From NCBI RefSeq assembly GCF_009914755.1, contig NC_060934.1: a stretch of 64,000 nucleotides of DNA, one strand, 5' to 3'. A program made the position numbers and the translations under genes. The stretch comes from the human T2T-CHM13v2.0 reference genome, Homo sapiens. Under the pieces are notes generated by a model, which did no database searches, was not told where the DNA came from, and saw only the letters and a list, made by a program, of their open reading frames with translations. Positions 1 through 20,409 of this stretch are shown in pieces. Positions within the stretch are counted from its first letter, which is position 1. Each line of letters opens with the position of its first letter.

Positions 1-180
1 AATAAAATGGAACAGACTATTGATACAACAACTTGGATGAATCTCAGGCATTATGCTAAGTGAAAGAAGCAGTCTCAAAAGATTATTTACTGTATGATTA
101 TTTTCACTTGACATTCGCTAGAAGACAAAACTATAATGATGAAAACCAGATCGGTAGCTGTCTGGGGTTGGAGTTGGGGG
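1..180 (+). mobile_element. Old L1M 3' UTR fragment
   Basis: 'tggatgaatctcaggcattatgctaagtgaaagaagcagtctcaaaag...tactgtatgatt' resembles L1MB/L1ME 3' ends. Confidence 0.75.
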
Positions 181-450
181 AGCAAAGAAAATTTAGATCA
201 CAGGAGTAGGGCAGCTCCAGGATTGATGTAGGGACTCCCTAACATAGCCAGAGACATGGGGTCTTTCTAATTTTTCACCTCATCATCCTCAGCAAGTGGC
301 TGGTCTGCTTCATCCTCTACTGAAAATCTGTTCCCATTAAGCAATAATTCCCCTATTTGCTGCTTCCCCAAGTCCCTGGTAACCACTGTTGTGCTTCCTG
401 TCTGTATGAATTTACCTATTCTAGGTACCTCATACATGTGAAATCATGCA

Positions 451-1125
451 GAGTGTGGTGCTGTGACACAGAGGAGATGGCTTCACTTCATAACCTAACA
501 CTTTCTGAAAAAGTGCTGACAAATCATCCCAGCTGGACAAAGTTTAATTTCCTAGATATGTCTCTAGATGACATTATAATCTATAAAAAGTTAGAAGAGA
601 TAAACGCTGAAAAAGAATAAAAGAACCATAGTAAAAAGGATTCACCTTCAAGACAGCAATCAAATGCTCATGGACATCACCAGCAGAGAGGATACCCAAG
701 ATTCAGAAGCAACTCTGAGGAAGGAAATTATGATTAAAAAAAAAAAAAAAACCATCCCAAGAAACTTCTGGATTCAAGTCTGGACGGCACCCTTTAAATG
801 GGCAGCCTTTAACTGATCAGGGTCTCATTCTGTTGCCCAGGCTGGAATGCAGTGGTGCAATCATGGCTCGCTGCCCCCTCGACCTCCCGGGCTCAAGTAA
901 TCCTCCCACCTCAGCCTCCTAAGTAGCTGGGACTACAGGCATATGCCACCATGCCCTGCTAATTTTTTTTTTCTTTTCTGTAGAGATGAGGTCTCACTAT
1001 GTTGCCCAGGCTGGGAAAGCATCCTTCTATTGCTCATACTTTTGAAACTTTTGAGACTATCACTACAGCCAAACTCACTAGAAAAAAAAAAAATTACCTT
1101 GCAGTGAAGAAATGTATTTAAAAAA
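451..1125 (+). pseudogene. LUZP4: Processed pseudogene of LUZP4 (5' part only)
   Basis: From ATG 477 it reads MASLHNLTLSEKVLTNHPSWTKFNFLDMSLDDIIIYKKLEEINAEKE*KNHSKKDSPSRQQSNAHGHHQQRGYPRFRSNSEEGNYD*, then after a frameshift [24 protein letters not shown]. This matches my recollection of the human LUZP4 N-terminus (MASFRKLTLSEKVPPNHPSRKKVNFLDMSLDDIIIYKELEG...SGFKSGQHPLNGQPL). It is intronless, with stops at 618-620 and 735-737 and an expanded A-run at 736-751. Degenerate TSD at 434-450 and 1126-1142 (14/17 identical). The symbol given is the parent gene. Confidence 0.9.
821..1014 (-). mobile_element. AluJ-like fragment inside the retrocopy, lacking its poly-T tail
   Basis: 'ggtctcattctgttgcccaggctggaatgcagtgg...ctcagcctcctaagtagctgggactacagg...gttgcccaggctgg'. 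Confidence 0.9.
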
Positions 1126-2506
1126 ATAAGTGGAATCATGCAAAATTTGTCCCTTTGTGTCTGGCTTATTTCACTCAGCATAATGTCCTCAAGATTCATC
1201 CATGTTGTATCATGTGTCAGAATTCTATTCCTTATTAGGACTGAAGAACATTCGATACATGTAGATCACATTTTGCTTACCCATTGATCTATCAATGGAT
1301 GCTCATGTTGTTTCCATCTTTTGGTTATTGTGAATAATGCTGCTATGAACATGAGGTTATAAATATCTGTTTGAGTCCCTGCCTTCAATATTTTTGCGTA
1401 TATGCCCAGGAGTAGAGTTGTTGAATCCTATGGTGATTCTATATTTAATTTTTTGACAAACCACCATACCATTTTCCATGGCGGCTGCACCATTTTGCCT
1501 TTGCACCAGCAATGCACAAGGGTTCCAATTTCTCCACCTTGCCAATCTTTGTTGTTTTCTGTTTTGTTTTTTTTTTTGACAATAGACATCCCAATGGGTA
1601 TGAAGTGATGTCTCATTGTGGTTTTGATTTGCATTTCCCTAATGATTAATGACATTGAGCATCATTTCATTGTGCTTATTAACCATTTGTAGATCTTCTT
1701 TAGAGAAATATCTATTTAAGTCCTTTGCTCATTTTTGGGTGTTTTTGTTTTTGTTTTTGTTTTTGCTTTGAGAGACAGGGTCTCACTCTATCACCCAGGC
1801 TGGAGTGCAGTGGCATGATCATAGTTCACTCCAGCCTCAAACTCCTGATCTGAAGTGATCCTGCCACCTCAGCCTCCCAAAGCACTTGAGTTACAGGCAT
1901 GAGCACCATACCCAGCCCCATTTTTTAATTGGGTTGTTTGGTACTTTTTGTCGTTGAATCTTAGGAGTTATTTATATATTCTGGATATTAATCCTTTATG
2001 AGATACGTGATTTGAAAGTATTTTCTTCCATTTGACCCACAGAATGGGAGAAGATATTTACAAATCTGCTGATAGTGTCCTTCAATGTACAAAAGTTTCT
2101 AATTTTGGTGAAATTCAATTTGTCTATTTTTCTTTTGTTGCCCATGCTGTGAGTGTTACAACCAAAAAATCATGACCCAATCCAGTGTCATGAAGCTTTT
2201 CCCTACTACAAGAGTTTTATGGTTTTAGCTCTTACATTTAGCTATTTCACCCATTTTGAGTTAATTTCAATAGTGATCTTAGGTAAGGTAAGGGTCCTAT
2301 TTAAATATTTTATTTAAATTTTATTTTTTATATTTTATTTTTATCTATTTTATTTACTTTTAAATTTATTTATTATTTTATTTAATATCATATTTAGAAT
2401 CATGATTCAAATATTACATGTATCTTTAAAAAGCTCTTTAAGTGGGGAAAATAAATGAATAGAAATAAATTAAATAAATAAATAAAAGCCTTTTAAAATG
2501 TTTCCT

Positions 2507-2800
2507 GGCTGGGTGCAGTGGCTCACACCTGCAATCCCAGCACTTCGGGAGGCTGAGGTGGGTGGATCACCTGAGGTCAGGGGTTTGAGACCAGCCTGAC
2601 CAACATGGCAAAATCCCGTCTCTAATAAAAATATAAAAATTGACTGGGTGTGGTGGTACACACCTGTAATCCCAGCTACTTGGGAGGCTGAGGTACAAGT
2701 ATCACTTGAGCCCTAGAGGCAGAGGTTGCAATGAGCCAAGATCACGCCAGTGCACTCCAGCCTGGTGACAGAGCAAAACTCCGTCTCAAAAAAAAAAGAA
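2507..2800 (+). mobile_element. AluS
   Basis: Full dimeric Alu with A-tail. Confidence 0.95.
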
Positions 2801-2822
2801 ATCATATTTCACAATGGATCTC

Positions 2823-3277
2823 TGTGATGGTTAATACTGAGTGTCAACTTGATTGGATTGAAGGATACAAAGTATTGATCCTTGGTGTGTCTGTGAGGGT
2901 TTTGTCAAAGGAGATTAATGTTTGAGTCCATGAGCTGAGAAAGGCAGATGCACCCTTAATCTGAGTGGGCACCATCTAATCAGCTGCCAGCTCGGCCAGG
3001 ATATAAAGCAGGCAGAAAAACATAAAAAGGCTAGATTGGCCTAGCCTCCCAGCCTACATCTTTCTCCCATGCTGGATGCTTCCTGCCCTGGAACATCAGA
3101 CTCCAAGGTCTTCAGCTTTGGGACTTGGACTGGCTTCCTTTCTCCTCAGCTTGGCTTGCAGACAGCCTATTGTGGGACCTTGTGATTGTGTAAGTTAATA
3201 CTACTTAATAAACCACCCTTTATATATATACATATACATATCCTGTTAGTTCCATCCCTCTAGAGAACCCTAATACA
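2823..3277 (+). mobile_element. MLT2A (HERV-L) solo LTR
   Basis: Begins 'tgtgatggttaatactgagtgtcaacttgattggattgaagg', ends 'ctagagaaccctaataca', with AATAAA and a (TA)n tract near the 3' end. Confidence 0.9.
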
Positions 3278-3337
3278 ATTTATGTTTCCTCTATAAATGT
3301 CCTTTATGACAGAGCCTCTCATATCCAGTACTTTTTA

Positions 3338-3635
<298 letters not shown>

Positions 3636-4184
3636 ATCTTTTGGCAATATGGTATGTTTCTTTTTACTAAGTAATGAAGTCCTTGTCATTTTTCATTTTT
3701 CCTTTATTTTCTGGGTTGAGAAGAAACTCAGAACTAAGAAGAAGTACTTTTTGATGAATTGCAATTGTTCCTCTTAAACCTAGTTATTTAGTATAATCAT
3801 TTTCTCATCTTCCTTCTCCCTTCTACACTACCCAAGATTGTATTATTTTTGCTTGTGATATTTTACCTTGATTACACTGATCTGGTAGTAGCTGTTTCTT
3901 TTACTTCCTTTTGGAGTAGGAGCTAGCCAGGTACACAGTGATGTGGCCATTTTAACCTCAAAATTAGTAAGATAGAAATAAAAAACATAGCTTGTTCATT
4001 TTCTGGAACAGTTTAATCTTATGACCCTCATCCCTCTTGGTAGCTGTGGCCAGGTCGGGGTAGGGCTATCTGAACTAGCCAGTTAATGGTATCTCAGTCT
4101 CATCAGGTTGTAATAGTCTATTTCAGTTAGGTCAATCTCTTTCAGATGAATGTTCAGTATTTAATATTAAGATTTTCTCAGGCT

Positions 4185-4632
4185 ATGTAGTAGGTTGAAT
4201 GGTGTTCTCCCAAAATTCCACCTGAAACCTGTGAATGTAACCTTATTAGGAAATAAGGTCTCTGCAGATGTCCCTTCTCCAAGAGACCTTGTTAGAGACT
4301 GAATGTTTGTATCTCTCTTCTCCCAATTCCCCAAAAATGTGTATGTTAAATCCTAATACCAATGTAATGGCATTTGGAAGTAGGGCTTTTGAGAAGCTCC
4401 ACTCTCATGAACGGGATTAACACCCCTATAAAAAAGGCCCCAGAGAAACCCCTTACCCCTTTTGCCATATGAGGACACAGAGAAAAGATGGCCATCCATG
4501 AACCAGGAAGGAATCTGCCAGCGTCTTGATCTTGGACTTCCCAACGTCAAGAACTGTGAGGAATAAATTTCTATTGTTTATATCTACCCAGTTTATGGTA
4601 TTTGGTCATCACAGCCCAAAAAGACTAAAACA
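4185..4632 (+). mobile_element. MaLR LTRs: MLT1B/C-like fragment followed by an MLT1A-like LTR (~4289-4632)
   Basis: 'gtgaatgtaaccttattaggaaataaggtc', 'cttgatcttggacttcccaacgtcaagaactgtgaggaataaatttctattgttta...gactaaaaca'. Confidence 0.8.
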
Positions 4633-5398
4633 GACCTCAAAATGGAGAACAAGATAAAGCCTTCTCAGCTCTCCACTTCCCTCTCTCCCCATCTAAAACC
4701 AGCCCCACCTCCCAGGATGCCAGTCCAAGGAGGGAAGTCAGGCCTCACAGCTTCCCCGCCCTCCGCTTCTCTTCATTCTGTGTCCTCAGGACTAAAGGGC
4801 ATCAACTTCTCCTACTTCTCATGTACCTCATAGCCTTGGCTTATAGAAAAGTCTCCGGCTTTTGAAGTATTAAAGGGAGCTTAAGAAACTTAGAAAACAC
4901 TTCCTCTATTACAGTCTGGTTTTCAATAGTCTTGCTGTGGACTCAAATATCCTATTTTGGATATCTAACACTTACCATTGATTCTTTCTTTTTGCAATTG
5001 TGTGTAATAACTCTAATCCTTCCCAAGGCAAGTAAATGCCCCTGGCAGAATATGTGGAAAATCACACAAGCACTAAAGACAGACAAAAAAAGCAGAAAGC
5101 AGAATTATGTTGATTGATTGATTGATAGATAGATAGATATTTTATATTAGCCTTGTTACAGGAAAGCAGGGAAAAAGCAAACTCCATGCCCTAATTTTAG
5201 GTGAATTAGTTTTGGATCTTGTAATTCATGTTGAGAGTTTTTAAGGAATTGAGCTATCCAAAAGAAGCAAGCCCAAAGATACCACGTTTTTAAAATGCAC
5301 AACCTTACTGGGAAAAAATATATATAAATATACAGAAAAGGGGCCACATCGAAGCATATACAAGTAGAATATCTTGCCTATAAAAATGAGGCAGAGGA

Positions 5399-6028
<630 letters not shown>

Positions 6029-6265
6029 CTACTGACTGTGGAGTGTTGAGAAGAAACAGGGGCCTGAGTCACAAATAGAGAGAGATTTATAGGTACAGAG
6101 CACAAGAGAAAAAGATAATCTGGACGCTCCTGACCAAATTTTTGCGAGCCATGGCACACAGAGGAAAAATATTGGCTTCGCATGCTGGGATAAACTAGAC
6201 AACATTGAGGGTAGGAGCCATTTATAGAGTACTTAGTGGGAAAACGTCATTACTTTTTAAACCTC

Positions 6266-7385
<1,120 letters not shown>

Positions 7386-8164
7386 TAACCAGCCCCTAGT
7401 TTAAGCACCACTGCAAGGACGTGGCCAGGCACAAATGGACAGAAGTATCTGAAATAGGTGAAGAGGAAGATTTGGGACCACCCAGGAGCTGCACCCACCA
7501 GTAGCTGCACCCACTAGGGGCCCCTGTCTGGACTTCACATACCCTGCCCATGACTGCCTGACCCTGGGGCTTGTGTCTTACTTCCTGGAGACCTAAATGG
7601 ACACACCAGGGCCGCTGGTCTAGACCAGGCAATGTCCCAAGCTGTGGCTGGCTGTTGAGGTCCAAGTTCACATGGCAGAGCACCTCATTAGCCACACATA
7701 GTGTGTGTTGGGGTAACAACAGAATGCTGATGTAGCTGGAGTTCTCTGCCTTGGAGGCCATAGGACAGTCTATCAGACTCTGCTCCCTGCAAACCTCCCT
7801 CCGAAGGGCCCCAAACAAAGCTGCTTGAGTCTGAAGATGGTTCGCCCAGGAGCTTCATCCACACCAGTCCCTGCCAGGCTACCCTGAGAGTTTAAGAGGG
7901 CGATGGCTCACAGGCACATGTGTAACCCATGAGTGGCACATATGGGAATTAGAGCGAGAACGTCATGTCCTAAGGCCAGATATGAGAAGCAGCTGAGTGT
8001 ATATATTAGTGATGGAGAAAAGACCCGTGGAGGAACCAAGGTTGAGAGGAGGAGTCAGTACAAGCAGATAGGCTGAGAGATGCTGACTCGGGTATTGCGA
8101 GCTGAGGATCTAACATGTGATCTGATAATAAAGACCTACTAAAAATCATTTGACAAAGTATAAG

Positions 8165-8360
8165 CTGTGCTGTTCAATACAGTAGCCATTAACCACACGC
8201 AACTACTTAGATTTAAATTTAAATTCATTAACAATAAATAAAATTGTAAATTTGGGTTCCTTCATTATACCGGTCACATTTCAAGTGTTCAAGAGCTGAC
8301 ACGTGGCTAGTGGCCACTTTACTGGACAACATCATCGTAGGAAATTTCACTGCAATGCTG
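8165..8360 (-). mobile_element. MER3 (hAT-Charlie) MITE
   Basis: 'ctgtgctgttcaatacagtagccattaaccacac...cacatttcaagtgttcaa...cacgtggctagtggccac'. Confidence 0.75.
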
Positions 8361-8440
8361 CATCAAAGAATATTCCCCCTTAACTATGATAAATCTTCAG
8401 CATCAGAGAATAATCCAACCTCTGAAAAGGATTCATCTCC

Positions 8441-9830
<1,390 letters not shown>

Positions 9831-9979
9831 TGCTCCTTTCTCACAGTATTATCTATTGAGTGTTTTATATTAAAATTATATGACTTGGGTCCTGGAATAA
9901 ACACTACCAAGCAAAGGATAAAGTTTCAATGTGGCTACTGTTTACCATCAAGCATTGTTTTCAGTATTTCTATGAGGCC

Positions 9980-10220
9980 CTGAGATTCAGACATACCTAT
10001 ATAAATATCTTCACTGCCACTTACGAGCCTGTGTCCTTAGTAAACTAGGGAAACTTTCTTGTTGTGTATCCTCAGGGAATCTGGTGAGCTCAACACCTCT
10101 GAGCTTAGCCAAGCCACTTCAAGCACAGTGGAGATAATGATAAGAATCTTACAGCGTTCTCCTGAGGATTATGTTTTAATATGTATGTAAAGTGCCTGGC
10201 ACATAATAGCTAGTAAGCAC
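9980..10220 (+). mobile_element. MIR
   Basis: 'gaggattatg...atgtaaagtgcctggcacataatag' MIR core. Confidence 0.65.
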
Positions 10221-10329
10221 TGGTCCTCACCTCCATTGCTGTAGGAACTGAAAAACACTAAAAAAGTTTAAGTCCTGGTCTGTTTTCACAAGAGGTGACA
10301 ATCTGGTTGATGTAAAAAACCACCAAAAC

Positions 10330-10660
<331 letters not shown>

Positions 10661-10699
10661 ATACATATATTGTTTTTTAATATCTTTAAGTCTAGATTA

Positions 10700-10865
10700 C
10701 ATGCTTTCTTGGTTTGGGTTCTCCCAAGAGCAGGGCCTGAGATAAGATCTTGTGTTGTATTTTGTTTGGAAGATGATTCCGGGAAACAGGAGTGAGAAAG
10801 CAGGGAGACTGAGTGTGAAGGAGGAAATGACAATACAAGAAAGCATGATCAAAATCACTGCTATA
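10700..10865 (-). mobile_element. ERVL LTR16/LTR33-like fragment
   Basis: 'gggttctcccaagagcagggcctgagataagatcttg...gatgattccgggaaacag'. Confidence 0.55.
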
Positions 10866-11585
<720 letters not shown>

Positions 11586-11589
11586 GAAT

Positions 11590-12028
<439 letters not shown>

Positions 12029-12399
12029 GAAACACACAGACTTCATCACTAGGCTGTGCCCATCCCTACTTGGAGACGGCGAGGAAGAGAGCGAATGGAT
12101 ACAGGAGGAAGTGAGGGTGCAGCTATGAAACTGACTCAGACAGGCTTCAAGTTCATTCCCACCCTTACTTCCTAGGGTTTGGGATGTTACTTCACCTTCT
12201 GTTCCTCATCCCGTGCCTCTTTCTAGCCTTTCCCACCCTCAAAAGATCCACACCTAGAGATAATACCTGGTCATTGCTTAACCAGCTCCACCCCAAGCCC
12301 CACCCTTACCCGTATCCCTCTTGCTAACAGCACCTCAACTTTCCTTTGAGGGAACACCAGTCTTCCTGGTGGCAAAGCCTTGTGTTTGGGGTGGATTGG

Positions 12400-12890
12400 C
12401 CCCTACCCTCAGCTCCAGAGGAGGCCCCAACGGCCAAAAACAATCAGCAGAATTGCACCCCACGTGCGATGGCTTCAGGGATGTGTAGTAATCCAGGCCT
12501 AAACCAGTCAGCCCCCTGCCTTTCCTTGGCCACAATATTGCAAGCGTCTTCCTAGAGGGCAGGGGGGTGGATCTAAGGTGGAACAGGAAGGTGCAAGACT
12601 TCGGCTTCATGTTTGAGTGGCGGAGGAAGCATGTCACCCTGAAGGCAGTTGGCAGCCACTTTGCAACCAAGAGAGAAGCCAACCTTGGAGTAAACCTGAT
12701 ACCACTGGAGGCAGCACGGAAGAGAAAAAGAAATCCAGTCCTTGGCAATATTATTGAACCATTGGATCCAACCAACCCAGTCCTGCCTTGCATCTGGGTT
12801 TTCCTGTTAGGCAAATCAATACGTTTCCAGATTGCTTGAAATGGTTTGCATTGGGTTATGCTGAAACTGAAGCATTCCTTAATGACTGAG
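12400..12890 (+). mobile_element. Old MaLR LTR (MLT1K/L-like)
   Basis: 'ggcagccactttgcaacc...gaaccattggatccaacc...gcattccttaatgac'. Confidence 0.5.
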
Positions 12891-13976
12891 TCCACGGGAA
12901 GCCCTAGAATGAAACAGCTCATCCGGGAATCCGGTCCAGACTTCTGCAGCCTCTAGCCCTTTGAAAACAGCTCCAGACAGGAGCAGGTCATCCAACCCTA
13001 TCTGCTTAAGAGCCACTTTTCCAAAGGCCAGAAGGCTCTGGAGAAAGCCCAGGGCCTGTGGTGTGCCAAATTTGCTAACAGGGCCTGCGGATTCCAGACG
13101 CAGTCTGATGGGCTTCTTTATTCTATCATTATGTTCATCATTTTCTTATTTGCAATTAGAAACATTGACTTTTAATTTAGATAATTTCCTCTTTTTCTTT
13201 TTGCCTTGCCTTTAAAATAGATCTGCTCTAGGATGCTGAGTTATAAACTGCCCTTGATTGTGTGTTCATTTGTTCAAGTATTTGGTATATTGGCAGCCAA
13301 GAAGCCCCAGGCTCTGAATCACTATGTTCCCCTGTTTTCCCTTTCCAAGTATTCCGTTAAAACCCATGATGAAACCAGACAGGCAGAGCTTTCAGGCATT
13401 CTTCTGAAGGTCGAGCCCTTCTCTTCTGCACCCCGGTCAGCTCCTACTCAGGACCTGGCATCTCCTAAAAGAGAAAAAATGTTGCCCCTCATTATGCCCT
13501 TGCTGAAGTTCTAGCCACACACAAAACAGCAAATCCGTTCAGAGCAGAGGAATTTTCTTTAGAGATTCTTCCAAAAGCTCAACAGCAACGAACAACAAAA
13601 TCTTGCAGTGAAAGTTAAAAACATTAGGGAGTCACAGGCGCTCTCGATACTTAAACCTCATGGTGGTGCACGGGAGCACTGGTGTAGACTCGCAAGCAGG
13701 AAGCATTTCCATTTCAGTCAGTAAGAAGGGATCGTGGATGGCAAGGCATGCTTTGATGTGCTGATCCTCTTATTGAATTTCTTTCTCTAGTTGTTCTACT
13801 TGTGAGGATAGTTGTCCGCTTGAATCACTAATGCTTCTTGCAGGTCTTGGTTTACACCTATTAGACTAAACACACCCCAGGGAAATGGTGGGTAACCCCT
13901 GTCTGAATACACATGAAACATCAAGGCAGTGGGAGCCACAAGGCTCCAGGCTGCTCTGCTAAATGTCACTGACATT

Positions 13977-14537
<561 letters not shown>

Positions 14538-15931
14538 GGAGTGTCAGCGGCAACACACACTCACATGCACCAAAACAGCCCTGCGTGTCCTGCTGAGACG
14601 TGCACACTCCCAGCTGTTGCCATGGTTCACTCAGACCAGCAGCAGCCGCCTGGAGACCATGCAGGAATGGAGTCCACACTGTTCAGTCCAAGATATCGCC
14701 TGGGATAATGAGCAGAGGCCTAAGGATTTTGAAAGCCAAAAGGCCCCTCTCTTTTGTAAGGCTGCCCCCAACCGAAAGCCGACAAAAAAGAGAAGGGTAA
14801 AATAAAACAGACTTTGTCTTATTATCCTGGCACACACGCCTGGTGATCCCTGGCTTAGCTGGCAAATTGCGAGGGCCTCGATAGGAGATTCAAAACTCAA
14901 CAAGTGGCTGTCACTATGGAAACGGCTCCAATGAACCCCAAGAATGAAGGACGCTGGCCTGAGGAAAATGTCGGAGGAGGATCGCTGTGTCTCTGAATAC
15001 GCCATCACGAAATGCTTTGCTGGGGAAGAGGTTAAACTGATTGAACAAGTGCCTCTGCACAAGAAGTTTGCCCCAGATCACAGGATTTAGAAGGGAAGGT
15101 GCTCTCTGGCCCACTCGGCTAGGGGGACCCAAGCTGCGTGAATCTGGCCCCACGCCTGTTCCCTATGGGGGTCTCTGAAGAGTGTCAGTCTTGCAAAGCT
15201 CCCAGTGCCAGAGCTGGAAACCCAGGGAGAAACGAAGGAAAGCAAAATGTATCTGGGATTGGAAATTAAACTGGGGCTTTGATGAATTCAAAGCTGTGGG
15301 CAGTTAAATATAGGGCTGAATTTTCTCTCAGGAAGTGATCAAAATCAAGGTCACAATTTTTAAAAGAAATTTCCCCAGAAAAGCCTCATTTCCAAGAGAA
15401 GGCCAGGCTTGTGTCTGAGCACATTGGTTGAGCCTAGGGTCCGGCCCCAAGGCTGGGGCTGGGGATGGAAGGCTGAACTTAGCATCTGCCATCCCTCCCT
15501 GGTCTGTGACTCCATGATAATTGGCTGGTGGGTGTAGTGGTTTTCCAGTGTGCCCATGATTACAAACCTCTCTTTAAATTCCGTGTAGACATTCTAAATA
15601 GCACGTTTGTAGACGATTACCCAGTCAGGAGATTATACAAACGCAATAACTAACATCAGAGCAGGATTCTCTTTCAGCATCAGGGGACAGAAAAGGCCAT
15701 CTAAAAACAGTACCCACAGCCCCTTTGGTGGGCTTCTCAAGAAGATACAGATGTATTATCTACTTTGGGTCTTTTGTGGATGCACAAGGTGCTGTTATAG
15801 TGACAGTAATAATAATAAGAGAAATAATCACAATGGCAACAGCGATTGAACACATATTATGTTCTGGGCATTGTTCTAAGTACTCTTAGTGTAGGTATTT
15901 ACCCATTTAATCCTCATACCACTTGAGGTAT

Positions 15932-16811
<880 letters not shown>

Positions 16812-17399
16812 GTATTCCTCTTTTCCAGATCTAACAGTTGAAGAAACTGGCCCAGTGGTGCCATAAGAAGTTTATACTGTGGTTGGATTTGAGGCATATC
16901 CACTTCACACTGTGTCCCCAGTTGGGATGATCCTGTAGGGAGATAGCCTGAAGCAGAAGTGTAGGGAGCTGGAAAGGCACAGCACTGATATATAAAGAGC
17001 ATCTCTCATCTGCCCCTACCACGGTGCTGGGACAGTGCAGCACCATTGTCCATGGCCTTCCAGGCAGCACATGGCCCTCTGCAAGGAGCTAGAGAAGAGG
17101 CATTTGCTGGGCCTTTGCCTCAGGAATGAACTGGGTGGGCCATCCCATCCCCACAAGAGCAAAGGGCTGACAGAGCAAGTTGCCACCCTTCTGCAGGTGT
17201 TGTCCTCAACTCTCCTTCTGACTCACTCAAAGTATTAGAGTGAGTTCTTACAAGATATGAGGGAAAGTTGTGGAAAAACAATGTAAGTTTACAGGTGGGG
17301 AAAAAAAAAGAGTGATGATTAATGCAGAGGTGTCCAGGCACGTTGTTAAGTTCATAGACCAGAGTATACTTTCTGTTGCTCTGGAAAGCATTGGTCCCT

Positions 17400-18100
<701 letters not shown>

Positions 18101-18417
18101 CCTCTTACTCTCACGCTGCAAAACCCCATCACAGGTTTTATCACTACTAATCTCACTGCGTATGGTGAGCACCATCATACCCCAAAAAATAGTCTTTGAA
18201 TTTAAGAAGCCTTAAGTATTTCTGATTGCTGTGTGACTGTATTGGTTGAATTCCCTCAGAAGCAGGTTTTGATGCAATAATTCAAGGGCACATAGTTTAT
18301 AATAGAAGAGAGGAGAAGTGAAACAGGAAAGGGAAGAAAGCCAATAGTGCGTTATCAAAGTGGCCACTGTGGGCACCTGAAGCTCAGTCCCACCTGGAAC
18401 CTGGGAAACTGTATAAA

Positions 18418-18640
18418 ACAGGCAACAGTACGCTTTTCTGAAAAGCCCAGACAGTAAATATTTTTGGCTTTCCAAGCCAGGCAGTCTCTGTCACAACTAC
18501 TCAACTCTACCACTGGAATGTGAAGACAGTCATAGACCATATGTAAACAAATGATCATGGCTGTGTTCCAATAACACTTTTTTACAAAATGGGTGGTGGC
18601 TGGATTTGGTCCTTGGGATTTAGTTTGCTGAGCCCTTGTG
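18418..18640. mobile_element. MER58A (hAT-Charlie) within an LTR33-like fragment
   Basis: 'gtctctgtcacaactactcaactct...ggctgtgttccaataacac...ggctggatttgg'. Confidence 0.8.
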
Positions 18641-18859
18641 TAGAACACACCTTGGAGTTATCCCAACCAAGGGTGAAGAAGTTGGAGTATTTATCAACAG
18701 ACTCTAATCCGTCATTGGTTAAAAATTGCTTCTAGGAGCATTAATTCTTCAGCACCTCTGGCTGCCCCTGCAGACCAGTGGAAAAGCCCCTCGATCCTGC
18801 TGCCCCCCATATCTGATCGATCACCAGGTATGCTGATTTTTTTTTTCTTTTTTGCTAGT

Positions 18860-20401
<1,542 letters not shown>

Positions 20402-20409
20402 TGATCTAA

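Larger units (their letters stand above)
320..2300 (-). mobile_element. L1MA/L1MB-type fragment, interrupted by the LUZP4 retrocopy (451-1125) and a FLAM (~1760-1918)
   Basis: Antisense L1 3' UTR/ORF2-end sequence ('ggcttatttcactcagcataatgtcctcaagattcatccatgttg', 'ctcattgtggttttgatttgcatttccctaatg'). Minus-strand ORFs 1428-1655 ([11 protein letters not shown]) and 933-1199 (MNLEDIMLSEISQ) are typical L1 remnants. Confidence 0.9.

Noticed and set aside
357-476. N-terminal 40 codons of the 87-aa ORF 357-620
   Set aside because: Starts at a TTG inside antisense L1 sequence. LUZP4 homology begins only at ATG 477.
12335-12922. 195-aa minus-strand ORF
   Set aside because: Overlaps a decayed MaLR LTR, with no recognisable domain or exon structure.
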